A DNA stretch of 53,450 nt from a virus (IMGVR_UViG_3300036851_000134:1-53450), one strand, 5' to 3'. Positions 19,261 through 28,388 are shown, numbered from the stretch's first letter. The notes: generated by a model not told the origin, from the sequence alone. Made by a program: numbers and translations.

Positions 19261-20365
19261 ACTGCGCCTCTTTCTTGTCTTGTTCCCCCTTCAGAAACGC
19301 GTCGAGCCCAACCCGGAACGCAATGTCGAGTTCGGACGGTTGTTGGACGATGCCGGTCAAGCTGTTTGTCCACGGCTCGGGCTTGTAGTTGCGCGCCCAA
19401 CCCCACAAGTGTTTCCGGGCATCGGCGCTGCCGCCTTTCATTTCGTCGTACACCTGACCAAGTGTCCGCGGCGACTTCATGTACTCGGCTTTCGTCACGC
19501 CTTCAGGCGGCATGGGCACGATCACCGCGCGCCAGTCCACCGTTGTTTCCGTTTGCAACGGCGTAGGCGGCGGCGGCGCAAGATCACCGGCATCAGCGGA
19601 GCGCGTCCGGATCTCACTGACCAACGCTTTCGCGTTTTCGCGGTTTAATAACGCACATTTTATTTCCGAAATAGCTGTGAATGTTTCCTCGGGTCCAACC
19701 AAATCGTTTTCTCGGAACACCGACGTAGCGGTTGCAGGCCATTCGTTGCATTGCGCGACAAGCGCGGTCTTTCGTTCCGCGGGCGTCATGTCCGGCCACA
19801 GCTTGCGCTGTGGCGGTGCGGCGGGAGCGGTCTTAACTGGCAACGGCGGAAGCGCAACCCTGCGTTCTGGCGCTCGTGCATGTGGTTGCGGTGGCTGGTC
19901 TGCCGGTTGCATGAACTTGTACTCGTTATGATCGTTCTCCGGATCATCACCTGGGCCGGACAGGCGCACGCAAAAAACCTGCATAAACAGGTACTTGAGC
20001 GCTCCGGAGGCGGCTTTGTTGGCGCTCTTGTCGCCTGAGTCCGCGCCTTCGCCGAGCGCATCGGCCTCGATGAAGGAGCCGTCCTCGGTCCATACCCGAA
20101 ACCGAACTTTGGTCAACGTCGTCATGAGCGTGCCGCCGGAGCGTGTGGCGCGTTCTTCTCGCGCGTGCTCTAAAATTGTCGGCGTAACGAACACTTTGTG
20201 TTCTGACAGCGCAGGTTGCAGGGCATCGTAAAAATCGTCGATCCCGCGGAAATCATAGCCTTGCTGCTGGTTGCGCTTGTTTTTTCCGACTGCACCGACT
20301 GCGGCCATGACAGCCGAAATGCGGCCATAGATCAGCGGGACGGGAGGTTGTTCGGGTGTGCTCAT
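19253..20365 (-). CDS. erf: ERF-family ssDNA-annealing recombinase
   Basis: VGK...NQQQGYDFRGIDD...LSEH ... GEGADSGDKS.NKA.S.A.KY...Q.F signature. Confidence 0.85.
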   Translation of the reverse strand: MSTPEQPPVPLIYGRISAVMAAVGAVGKNKRNQQQGYDFRGIDDFYDALQPALSEHKVFVTPTILEHAREERATRSGGTLMTTLTKVRFRVWTEDGSFIEADALGEGADSGDKSANKAASGALKYLFMQVFCVRLSGPGDDPENDHNEYKFMQPADQPPQPHARAPERRVALPPLPVKTAPAAPPQRKLWPDMTPAERKTALVAQCNEWPATATSVFRENDLVGPEETFTAISEIKCALLNRENAKALVSEIRTRSADAGDLAPPPPTPLQTETTVDWRAVIVPMPPEGVTKAEYMKSPRTLGQVYDEMKGGSADARKHLWGWARNYKPEPWTNSLTGIVQQPSELDIAFRVGLDAFLKGEQDKKEAQYE

Positions 20366-20688
20366 GTGGTGACGGGTTCGGGTGCCGGGAACTGCACGGG
20401 TCGGTCCGGTTCGGACGGCGATTTGTGCGCGCTGAACAGATCAATTTCCACGTCGTTCAGCGTGCCGATCCAGTCGCAATTATTTTGAATCCTCCAGTTT
20501 GCCTGTTGGTTCTTGGCTGCGAATGCGCGCATGGCGGCGCGATCGCCGAAGCACAGAACGTTGGGCGATCGCCCGTCGTGTGAACTGGCCCGCGGGTCCA
20601 GCGTGAGAATGTCGGGATAGTCGCGGTAGAGCCGCTCGATGGCGGCGACTCCTTCCAGGAGGCGACTGCGTCGTTCTGGTGTAATCAT
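20362..20688 (-). CDS. Hypothetical protein
   Basis: AAAAGGACAA RBS before ATG 20688; coupled to erf. Confidence 0.55.
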   Translation of the reverse strand: MITPERRSRLLEGVAAIERLYRDYPDILTLDPRASSHDGRSPNVLCFGDRAAMRAFAAKNQQANWRIQNNCDWIGTLNDVEIDLFSAHKSPSEPDRPVQFPAPEPVTT

Positions 20689-20763
20689 TTGTCCTTTTGT
20701 TTTCGGCGACAGACGGCGCACCGTGTTGTTCCGGTGCATCGACGTTTGCCGCAAATCTCGCAT

Positions 20764-21003
20764 TTACCCAACATGCTTTGGCGTATTTGCCAGAGGCGTT
20801 GCCGGGAGATCTTTCGTTTCACGCACGCCATTATTCGGCGCGTCAAGCACAGCGTCAAGCAAAATTTTTCCCTCGGCAATTTTCCGGATCAGGACGCGCC
20901 AGGACGGTTCTTTGCGATTGGAGAGCGCGGCGTATTTGCGCGCCGCTTGTTCGATGGCGCGCCAGCTTTCCGGCGATAGTTCCAGTGAACGACGTGTTTT
21001 CAT
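20764..21003 (-). CDS. Small DNA-binding (ribbon-helix-helix-like) protein
   Basis: Beta strand RRSLEL followed by two helices. Confidence 0.4.
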   Translation of the reverse strand: MKTRRSLELSPESWRAIEQAARKYAALSNRKEPSWRVLIRKIAEGKILLDAVLDAPNNGVRETKDLPATPLANTPKHVG

Positions 21004-21134
21004 AACTGTTTAACTCTACGGCGTCGGCGTGTAGCTTCGCCATTGTCAGGAAGCGAATTGAATTGCAGCCTGAGACATTTTTGACATTTCATGCGGCGAA
21101 CATTCTGACCACTGACTGAGTTTACGCTGTATTT

Positions 21135-21941
21135 TCATATTGGTTGTTTCCAAATTTGTGCGTTTCCCATAACCATCAAATCTTCGGCGGTGAAGCCATC
21201 GCGGACAGCAGCGCGTAGGTCCTTGGCCGGCGGAACAACGATCATGGAAGGGACGCGGAGGGCAGCCTGAAGCGTTTCAGCGCCGCGCCAGCCGGGTGCG
21301 TCGTTATCGGCAACGATGACGACACGCCGGAAGCGGAAACGCGTGATTAACGCAAGCGTGGCGTCCAGGCAACCGGAACAGGACGGGCGTCCGACGACGG
21401 CGCACAAACCGATGGTCAGCGCGGCGGCGGTGTCAGTCGGGCCTTCGACGATGTAAACTGTAGTATCTCTCACACTATCAACGGTATAAAACAACCCTTG
21501 GCGGGAACCGGTAACGGCGAATTTGCCACCATTCGGCGAACGCAGCCGTAAACCGACGATATCTCCGTACTGATCCCGCATTGGGAACGCCCAATTTGGA
21601 CCGGAATCAGCCCAGCACGCTCCCAGTGCGGACACAGCCAGCCAAGACACGCCAAGACTGCCCGCGAACGCTCTCAGGTCATTTTCGGAGGTTTGAGCGC
21701 GCCATTGCTCCCAAAGCCGGGTAAAATTCGGGCGCGGGACGGCTGGTGCGGGAGGTTTAGCGGGTACCGGCTGCGCTTTGGCGTCCAGGTGATGGAGCCA
21801 ACCGCCGTTTTTGAGCGGGCGGCTGCTCTCGACGCGCATACAACAGGAACCGAGCTCCGAGTGCGTGCACCAATCCGGGTGCGCACAAATCGGGCATGGG
21901 TCCTGCCGGGTGCGACGATGCCATGTGATAGACCAGTTCAT
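21135..21941 (-). CDS. DNA primase (Zn finger + TOPRIM)
   Basis: CPIC.HPDWC Zn finger, FPMRD..G.IVG.RLR, and TOPRIM motifs VEG.TD and ADND..G. Confidence 0.88.
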   Translation of the reverse strand: MNWSITWHRRTRQDPCPICAHPDWCTHSELGSCCMRVESSRPLKNGGWLHHLDAKAQPVPAKPPAPAVPRPNFTRLWEQWRAQTSENDLRAFAGSLGVSWLAVSALGACWADSGPNWAFPMRDQYGDIVGLRLRSPNGGKFAVTGSRQGLFYTVDSVRDTTVYIVEGPTDTAAALTIGLCAVVGRPSCSGCLDATLALITRFRFRRVVIVADNDAPGWRGAETLQAALRVPSMIVVPPAKDLRAAVRDGFTAEDLMVMGNAQIWKQPI

Positions 21942-21966
21942 TGTGTCCTTTGAGTTTGAGGTTTGC

Positions 21967-22335
21967 TCATGCGTTTTGCACGTCATCCAACAGCGATTCG
22001 GCAATCTCGTGCCAGTTCACTTCACTCATGGCGGCGTTGAGGAGGTCCGCAGCGAATCCTTGCAGCCCTGGCAAAGCTTCTTGGTGCTCGCCTTTAAGAT
22101 TCTCTGCCAGTTGCAACGCGGCGCGCTCCTCGGGCGTGAATCCCTGTTGCCAATCGTGCCAATGGGTTTTGTCGGACGAACGCCAACCGTCTAGAATTTC
22201 GCGCGCGTGATCGCGCCAGTAATTATAGGTGCCCTCCTCGTTATCGATCCAGAGTTTAACCGCCCACGTTTCGTAGTTAGCCCAGCCGTTATAGGTTTTT
22301 GGCTGGGCTGCTGTTGTTGAGGTTGCTGTTTTCAT
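21967..22335 (-). CDS. Conserved phage early protein (YNGWxNYETW family)
   Basis: YNGWANYETWAV.LWI.N ... VNW.EIA motif widespread in phages; strong RBS. Confidence 0.7.
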   Translation of the reverse strand: MKTATSTTAAQPKTYNGWANYETWAVKLWIDNEEGTYNYWRDHAREILDGWRSSDKTHWHDWQQGFTPEERAALQLAENLKGEHQEALPGLQGFAADLLNAAMSEVNWHEIAESLLDDVQNA

Positions 22336-22356
22336 TTTGTCCTTTTGGTTTTGTGG

Positions 22357-22596
22357 TTAGGTTCCGGCGAAGCGCCCGCCGAAGTCCGCAAACATTTCCG
22401 CCACGTCGGGTATGTTGACGTTGACGCGACACTCTACGAGCACAATCGGCGCGGTCAACCGGAATGGAAACGGGTCCACCTGATCCGAGTGCGCCTGGTT
22501 CGCGCAAACGCGAGTCAAGAGCCCGTATCGATCGCGAACGGCAATTGCGAAATTGTCCGCAGCCGCAGCCGATGGAAAGCGATGGAAAATTAACAT
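22357..22596 (-). CDS. Early hypothetical protein (79 aa)
   Basis: AAAAGGACAAACC-ATG start; MLIFHRFPS...GGRFAGT. Confidence 0.6.
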   Translation of the reverse strand: MLIFHRFPSAAAADNFAIAVRDRYGLLTRVCANQAHSDQVDPFPFRLTAPIVLVECRVNVNIPDVAEMFADFGGRFAGT

Positions 22597-22958
22597 GGTT
22601 TGTCCTTTTGGTTGAGCGCAGCCCGGATACGGGCGCGCATTTGTTCTCGTTTCTGTTTCCGTTGGTACATTACGACCGTCGCTTCCTTGGCTAGCGCAGC
22701 CGCGTGCGACTCGGAAAGTTTGCGCGCGGCCTGATCCACGTTGCGCCGCGACACACTTGTTGCGCACGGTTCCGCGAACAGGTCAGCGAGTGCGCGGTGG
22801 TATTCGCCAAGGGCGCGATCAATTTCGCGCGCACAAAGATCGAGTTCGTTGGCATAGCGTGGCGGGTGCGGTTGTTTCATCTGCTCCAGCGTGTAAGGCT
22901 CCTTGGGCAGCAAAGACGCCACCAAAGCGCGCCGTGCGCGTTGTTGTTTAGGATTCAT
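22590..22958 (-). CDS. Early hypothetical helical protein (122 aa)
   Basis: ATG 22958 overlaps the upstream stop; AAAGGA RBS. Confidence 0.55.
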   Translation of the reverse strand: MNPKQQRARRALVASLLPKEPYTLEQMKQPHPPRYANELDLCAREIDRALGEYHRALADLFAEPCATSVSRRNVDQAARKLSESHAAALAKEATVVMYQRKQKREQMRARIRAALNQKDKPC

Positions 22959-23164
22959 TTCAGGAAATCCTTTGCGCGTTCCACGGAAAGTGTTGTGGAA
23001 TCGCTGTAAAATTCCACGTCTGGCACAACGATTGTGCCGCCGATGCTGTTGGAATTCATGACGAGATGACCAGCTTTGACGGGTTGAACGTAGGTCAGGA
23101 TGCAACCGCGCCATTTGCCTGTTTTGACGGTGACGGCCTGTCCGATGGAAGGTTCAGTGTTCAT
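22955..23164 (-). CDS. Early protein with KOW/SH3-like motif (69 aa)
   Basis: IGQAVTVKTGKWRG KOW-like motif; preceded by a copy of the leader repeat. Confidence 0.6.
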   Translation of the reverse strand: MNTEPSIGQAVTVKTGKWRGCILTYVQPVKAGHLVMNSNSIGGTIVVPDVEFYSDSTTLSVERAKDFLK

Positions 23165-23310
23165 GTTGTCCTTTCTCCGCTCGCGCGGGCGTCGAAGCCT
23201 TGACCGGACTCCCGTCCAACACCGTGGTAACTGCGCTGCCAGCGCACCGCGCCAGCTTTCTTCGCCGCGCGCACGAACCGGCGCCATGCGTTCTTCGTCT
23301 TCGTTTTCAT
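23161..23310 (-). CDS. Early small basic protein (49 aa)
   Basis: Starts at the ATG of the leader repeat. Confidence 0.55.
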   Translation of the reverse strand: MKTKTKNAWRRFVRAAKKAGAVRWQRSYHGVGRESGQGFDARASGERTT

Positions 23311-23350
23311 TCTCTTGTCCTTTCGTGCCCGCTCTCGCGGAGTCTCGCGG

Positions 23351-23542
23351 TCATCGGTGTACAATCACACTGTGTGTAATGCGGGCGCGTGTTGCGGCGT
23401 ACACCCGAGCTTCTTCCGCTGTGCGAAACCATTGAGTGTCGTGATTTGGTTCCGCCACTGCATACCACGGCCACGCCGGGTCTGACGATTGCCACGTGGC
23501 AATCTTGCGCTCACTGATTTGATCAGGTTCCATCGTTTTCAT
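23351..23542 (-). CDS. Early hypothetical protein (63 aa)
   Basis: Starts at the leader-repeat ATG; WFRTAEEARVYA. Confidence 0.6.
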   Translation of the reverse strand: MKTMEPDQISERKIATWQSSDPAWPWYAVAEPNHDTQWFRTAEEARVYAATRARITHSVIVHR

Positions 23543-23580
23543 TCTCTTTTCCTTTCGCGCCCGCTCTCGCGGGCGGTTGT

Positions 23581-23742
23581 TCACGCACTAAACACAGTTT
23601 GTTTTCCGGGTGAGGTTTCGAGCGCGAATCGCCCATTGATCCTCTGGCGAATATGCGTCCAAGTGTTGCCTCGTTTTTTGTTGGCCGCCGCCTGCCTCTT
23701 TGCCGCGGTCAGACTCTTATAGTTGTCCCAAGTCGTCTTCAT
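23581..23742 (-). CDS. Early small basic protein (53 aa)
   Basis: Starts at the leader-repeat ATG; YKSLTAAKRQAA. Confidence 0.6.
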   Translation of the reverse strand: MKTTWDNYKSLTAAKRQAAANKKRGNTWTHIRQRINGRFALETSPGKQTVFSA

Positions 23743-23819
23743 TGTTTCCTTTCTCCTGCTCGCGCGGGGGAGTGATTGCTCCCGCGTCCCCACCGAGGGG
23801 ACGAGGGAGCAATCTACTA

Positions 23820-24077
23820 TTATTCACAGCGCAATTCAGCGGGGTTACAGTCCACGTCTCGAATTGCGAGGAGCATTCCTGGGGTTCGTGGGGCTGATGC
23901 CCTGCGTACAAATGAATCGATGGCCTCCCGCTCAGTGCAAAAAAATTGCCCATCGCAAAAAAACGGCTTGCCGTGCGGGTGATTCGCACCAAACCGAAGT
24001 ACCTGCACGTGCCCGATTTCTGGAGTGATATTATACCACGTCGCATTGCCTTCCCGCGATTGAATCTCTGCTTTCAT
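23820..24077 (-). CDS. Early hypothetical protein (85 aa)
   Basis: Starts at the leader-repeat ATG 24077. Confidence 0.6.
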   Translation of the reverse strand: MKAEIQSREGNATWYNITPEIGHVQVLRFGANHPHGKPFFCDGQFFCTEREAIDSFVRRASAPRTPGMLLAIRDVDCNPAELRCE

Positions 24078-24114
24078 TGTTGTCCTTTCGTTGCCCGCTC
24101 TCGCGGGCGGTTGT

Positions 24115-24435
24115 TCACGCGATTTGTTCGAGTGCGAGCGAAACGGCGTGCAGCGCGCCGTGTGGAGCGCCGTAGTTCCGCCACTGCGATCCATGATTTT
24201 TTAACGCGCAGGTCACAGTCGCGTAGCCATTCCAGTACTGCACAGTGCCCGAGACGTGCAGCGCGCCGTATCCGCACTTTTCTGCGCCCTCAGTCACATC
24301 TACGCCCTCCGTCCATTCGGGTGTGTAGCGTTGGTCGCGCCCCGCGTTGAGGATTTTTTCCGACGCGCGCTTGATCCTGGCCTGCGTCTTGAGCGGGCTG
24401 GCTTCGCCGGTGAATTTGATCTCTCCGAGTTTCAT
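24115..24435 (-). CDS. First early gene, hypothetical (106 aa)
   Basis: Directly downstream of the early promoter and the first leader repeat. Confidence 0.65.
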   Translation of the reverse strand: MKLGEIKFTGEASPLKTQARIKRASEKILNAGRDQRYTPEWTEGVDVTEGAEKCGYGALHVSGTVQYWNGYATVTCALKNHGSQWRNYGAPHGALHAVSLALEQIA

Positions 24436-24484
24436 TGTTGTCCTTTCGTTGCCCGCTCTCGCGGGCGGTTGTTGCCTTGATCAC

Positions 24485-24513
24485 ACTCTAGCTAGTCCTT
24501 CCGCACATCGCAA
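24485..24513 (-). promoter_or_regulatory. Sigma70-type early promoter
   Basis: TTGCGA-N17-TAGAGT, about 12 nt upstream of the first leader repeat. Confidence 0.55.
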
Positions 24514-24721
24514 CAACTATTTCACTCTCCGCTCCATGTTTATTTCGCTCTCCCGCAACGCTTTGGCACCGCACTAGCTACTCTATCGTTAGAGTAATTG
24601 CTCGCATCCGCGCCCATCTACACATACCACCCACCTAGCTATCGCCCCGCTCAAGTCAATTTGTATCGTTAAAGTTTTCACGCGTATCTAACTCTCCTCC
24701 AACCTGTTGCACACTTCTACC

Positions 24722-24750
24722 TTGACTTTATCGTTATTCATTGGCATTCT
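24722..24750 (+). promoter_or_regulatory. Sigma70-type promoter for terS (probably leaderless mRNA)
   Basis: TTGACT-N17-CATTCT with the ATG 6 nt downstream and no Shine-Dalgarno. Confidence 0.45.
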
Positions 24751-24756
24751 CCCCAA

Positions 24757-25320
24757 ATGCCAGACTGGCTCGCCATCCGCACCGCCTATGTCACGGATGC
24801 TGCACTTACGCTAAAGTCTCTCGCTCAACGCTTTAATGTCCCGCTCCGTACCCTCGCAGGTTACGCCGCCCGCGGTAAATGGCATCAATCCCGCAAACTC
24901 GCCCTCCTTCCAGATGCATTAGCCTCCCAGGATGCTGCACCCATTGCACCGTCCATGGCACCACCCCGCATCGATCGTGCAAATATTGCACAAGATGCGG
25001 ATCGACGCGCCGCTCGCCTCCTCCAAGCGGCTGCCTCACCCGCTCTCTTCGTTGCTCGCGTTCAGTCGGAAGCTGTTGAGTTGCTGGACACTCTGAAAGA
25101 TAGGCGCGCCACTGAGGTAAGTGCACGAGCAACCCGCGATCAGGTCGGTGCGTGGAAGGACGTCGTGAGCGTCGCGCGGCAGGCTTACGGCCTGGACTCC
25201 GCGGACGCCAGGCCGGTTGCGGTAAGGGTCGGACTCGCGATCAGCGTGAGCAATCGCGCCGGCGTGGACGATGATCAAGCGATCGAGGCTGCCATCGATG
25301 TGAGCAGTAACCCGAGCTGA
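24757..25320 (+). CDS. terS: Terminase small subunit-like HTH protein
   Basis: MPDW.AIR.AYV......K.LA.RF.V...TL...A.R.KW N-terminal HTH typical of TerS; R.AYGLD C-terminal motif. Confidence 0.65.
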   Translation: MPDWLAIRTAYVTDAALTLKSLAQRFNVPLRTLAGYAARGKWHQSRKLALLPDALASQDAAPIAPSMAPPRIDRANIAQDADRRAARLLQAAASPALFVARVQSEAVELLDTLKDRRATEVSARATRDQVGAWKDVVSVARQAYGLDSADARPVAVRVGLAISVSNRAGVDDDQAIEAAIDVSSNPS

Positions 25321-26409
25321 GCACCGGTCGGGAAAGCAACCCGTCACGCGCGCATCGGGCCCCGACCGTCCGAGTGCGACCGCGCCGTCCAGCTGTGCGA
25401 CGCATGCTCCTCGGAGGAGGTGCCGATAGGTCAAAGCCCATTCGGCCCGGAACTAAAGATCGTTATTCCTCGCGTGGTGGTGATGCCAAGCGCGAACCCA
25501 GAAGCCCTTTTCGGTCATGGCTTGTGTATGCGTGCACCACGAGAAAATGGAACGAATTTGAACGCTGATAGCTAGACTTGTGAGCCCCACGAAAATGGAG
25601 GTATTGGGGGCGCGGGTAGCTAGAGTTACGGAATAAGCTGGCAAAGGAGATGTAGTTGGTAATGGGACAATGAACTGAGCAATGTGAATAAGCACACCAC
25701 TCCCTACGACAGAAGTGTGTAGAGGAAAGATACCTGGAATTAGCCAAGGACCGCGCTTGTCAGGGCGTTATTCTCCCTGTTAAGGGAGGGTCCGATCGGG
25801 TATCTGACGTTAACGGAGGGCGACGTGAGTGGCTTTGGGCAGTTGGGAGTGGGCATCCTGATCTGGGCAGCAGGTATGAGCTGGTAAGTCCAGAATTGGA
25901 GTCTTGGAAGATGGCCTTTGGGCACCGAAACGGAATGGTCGAGGGAAGGTCCAAGACAATTAGCTTTCTGAGAATCCGAGGCCCGCGCCGGAACTGCATG
26001 GGAGTTGCCATGGAGTGAGCGGTTTCCCGCTCCGGACATCTCAATTGAAGAACTGCTTACTATCACACGAAATGAGCGCATTGGTATTTGCTCTGCGCTC
26101 CGTCAACGTTACACACTGCCGAGTTTGAAAACCGATCCCGCTCGGCACGGGAAAACGAGCACATGCCCTGTGGTTGTTTTTGGGTCATGCGCAAACTGGA
26201 AAGTGGCGCCCCCATGTTGACAGTCGGGATTTCTCCCCGGAACTGGTGAGGGCCGTTGCCTAGGCGGTTCCCTCGGGGGCGTATTGGATTAACTGTCAAC
26301 ATGGCGGTAGAAAAGCAAAAGTCAGGAATGTCGTCAAGAGGAAAAATTCATGCGACCGATCAGACAGACCCAGCTGCTCCGTTTTGATGGGAATGCGGCC
26401 TGTTTTCTG

Positions 26410-26616
26410 TCAAGCCACTCGCCACAGACGGCATTCGGTGTCAGATATTTTTCGAGCTGCCACCTTGTATCCGCAATTTCTGGCAGCCTGCCTCCATCTC
26501 ATGTCCATGCCAAGGGGCAACACAACAGAGTCTCCTATCTCCATGGTTTTGAGGGTAGTTGAAACTAGACCAGCGCGTGATTGCTTCGGCATTGGAATGT
26601 TCTTTTCGATGTTCAT
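26410..26616 (-). CDS. Small DNA-binding phage protein
   Basis: IEKNIPMP.....MEIGDSV ... CRLWRV pattern of a common phage family. Confidence 0.65.
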   Translation of the reverse strand: MNIEKNIPMPKQSRAGLVSTTLKTMEIGDSVVLPLGMDMRWRQAARNCGYKVAARKISDTECRLWRVA

Positions 26617-26641
26617 GTTTTGGTTGTTTTGAATCTCTGGG

Positions 26642-27160
26642 TTAACCGGTTAAATCAGGTTCAACTGCGCGGTTGGATGTAAAGTGTCCCGGTAGTCCGC
26701 ACGTCCTCAGGCATTCGGCATTTTCCTGGCCGTAGGCGATGAGCACGCTTGGCGCTCCCGCGGTCCCACCCCGTTTCCCTTCTCGCGTGTAGAAGCACAG
26801 CCGACCCCTGATCCACAGTAGCCCGGTCGCGTATTCCCACACCCACGGGAAGAATGTTTTGGTTTCAGTTCTCGCGAAAATGAGGGCGATTCCGTTTCCG
26901 TGGTTGGCGAGTCTTCGAATCCATCGTTCAGTTTCGTTGCCGTATGGCGGGTTGAGCCACACGCGCCCGAGCCACGGCTTGAGTAGCCCATTGTCCTCCA
27001 TCGTGTAGTGTTTCTTTGCCGTATCCCACGGTCTCCCGATTGGGGCGCACGGGTCGAGGTCGAAGTCTCCGAGCGCGCGGAGGAGATCGGGCGGCGTGAG
27101 CCAGTCTTCTTTGCCCGTCGTGCGGTCGTGCGCGAACCCGATATCGAGAATCTCTTGCAT
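26642..27160 (-). CDS. dam: Phage DNA N6-adenine methyltransferase (T1 Dam-type)
   Basis: W.TP, FDLDPCA, DNGL...W, VWLNPPYG, ARTET and GRL.F motifs. Confidence 0.92.
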   Translation of the reverse strand: MQEILDIGFAHDRTTGKEDWLTPPDLLRALGDFDLDPCAPIGRPWDTAKKHYTMEDNGLLKPWLGRVWLNPPYGNETERWIRRLANHGNGIALIFARTETKTFFPWVWEYATGLLWIRGRLCFYTREGKRGGTAGAPSVLIAYGQENAECLRTCGLPGHFTSNRAVEPDLTG

Positions 27161-27166
27161 AAACCG

Positions 27167-27454
27167 TTAAAGCGGTTTCACCTGCGCGCCTTGTCTCCGC
27201 TTCTGCTCTACAATTCGAACAAAGTCTTTTTCGTTTGGCGCTATCCACTCCCACGCTGTATCAATCATTAAAGGTTTCGTGGTGTCGAGCATTCCAGTTT
27301 TAAAGTCAAAAGTGAAGTTTGTGATTGTATATACCCACCTTTTATTGCCAGTAACAGGCGCATAAACCGGCTTCCAGATGCGACCGGAGCCTTTGAGCCA
27401 GAGCGGCTCGACGCCTGCGGTCAGGAGCGAGGAAAGGAAAGAGCGGCGGTTCAT
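27167..27454 (-). CDS. Hypothetical protein with Tat-like N-terminus
   Basis: MNRRSFLSSLL. Confidence 0.55.
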   Translation of the reverse strand: MNRRSFLSSLLTAGVEPLWLKGSGRIWKPVYAPVTGNKRWVYTITNFTFDFKTGMLDTTKPLMIDTAWEWIAPNEKDFVRIVEQKRRQGAQVKPL

Positions 27455-27669
27455 GATCGCGGTTCAATCAATTCTTTGTCGCGCACTTCATGCACCCAAC
27501 CTTCGCATTCTTTGCCGGCCCAGGCAACGGCCCTCATAGATGGCTCCGAGCCAGTTTCCACGCGCGGCACGCACGCGAACAATCTTCCCGCAGATGCGGC
27601 ACGGCGCAGCGTAGGTCTTGCGAAGTGCTGTCGGCATGATCGAGGGCGGTTGTTGCGGGTTTATGTGGT

Positions 27670-28023
27670 CTATTTCTTGTTGAGCCAATACTTGGCGACA
27701 AGCGCATACACATTGTCTGTCGGGAAACCGTACCCACGATCCGGCGTGAGTGAGTCGATCATTTGTTGGCGGAAATCCTTTTCCATCGCCTCTTGAAGTT
27801 CCTTGAGCGGGATAGGGGATCGCTGCCCAATCCGCCGCATTGTTGGCACGGCTCTTTGCCTGCGCCTTTTTACCTCTGCAATCACCTGATCGAAGCATTC
27901 ATCACAGAAACGCGTTTGCCATCCTTGGACTAGGATGTGCAGAATAAGTCCTCGCGACGATCCGCAAGCCATGCAGAAACCGTCTTGCGCTGGTCGATAG
28001 CCGACGCCGATGTTTTCGCTCAC
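27670..28023 (-). CDS. Zinc-finger hypothetical protein
   Basis: CMAC...CDEC; GTG start with GGAGG RBS overlapping the upstream stop. Confidence 0.55.
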   Translation of the reverse strand: MSENIGVGYRPAQDGFCMACGSSRGLILHILVQGWQTRFCDECFDQVIAEVKRRRQRAVPTMRRIGQRSPIPLKELQEAMEKDFRQQMIDSLTPDRGYGFPTDNVYALVAKYWLNKK

Positions 28024-28388
28024 GAGTCGTCCTCCCACTTGTCAAGCGTGCGCAAAAAAGCCTCGGCGCGCTGGGCGGCGGTGGCAAAGAGTATCTTGGT
28101 CGAGCAGTTGATTCTGGCCGCACCAAAGTCGATCTGTCTCCCGCCGGTTAAACCTCCCAAGTAGGCTGCAAACACATCTTGTTGCTGAGCGTTTAGGCGC
28201 TTTTCTGCTTCATGCATCGCGTTAAGGTCGCCGGGGTAGTCAGGTAGGGTCCTCCCGTCGCCAATGTCGTTCTCATAGGCGTAAAGCTCGCCTTTAATCC
28301 ATCTTCTGCCGCCATCTGCGCAGCGCCATGAGTCCAGGATCCACCCGCAGGCTTCAGCAATGGCAATGCGTTGTGCTTTGGTGGTCAT
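28020..28388 (-). CDS. Conserved phage protein (ABA-sandwich-like)
   Basis: IAIAEACGW ... PDY..DLNAMHEAE ... ATAAQRAEAFL motifs. Confidence 0.65.
   Translation of the reverse strand: MTTKAQRIAIAEACGWILDSWRCADGGRRWIKGELYAYENDIGDGRTLPDYPGDLNAMHEAEKRLNAQQQDVFAAYLGGLTGGRQIDFGAARINCSTKILFATAAQRAEAFLRTLDKWEDDS

Larger units (their letters stand above)
23162..24473 (-). repeat. Six-copy hairpin + RBS leader repeat, one before each early gene
   Basis: Consensus AACAACC-GCCCGC-GAGA-GCGGGC-AACGAAAGGACAACA-ATG. Copies at 24433-24473 and 24075-24115 (44 bp identical with flank), 23740-23772, 23540-23581, 23308-23340 and 23162-23190. Confidence 0.92.

Noticed and set aside
23162-24473. CRISPR array
   Set aside because: The intervening segments are 150-320-nt protein-coding genes and the repeat contains the RBS and ATG.
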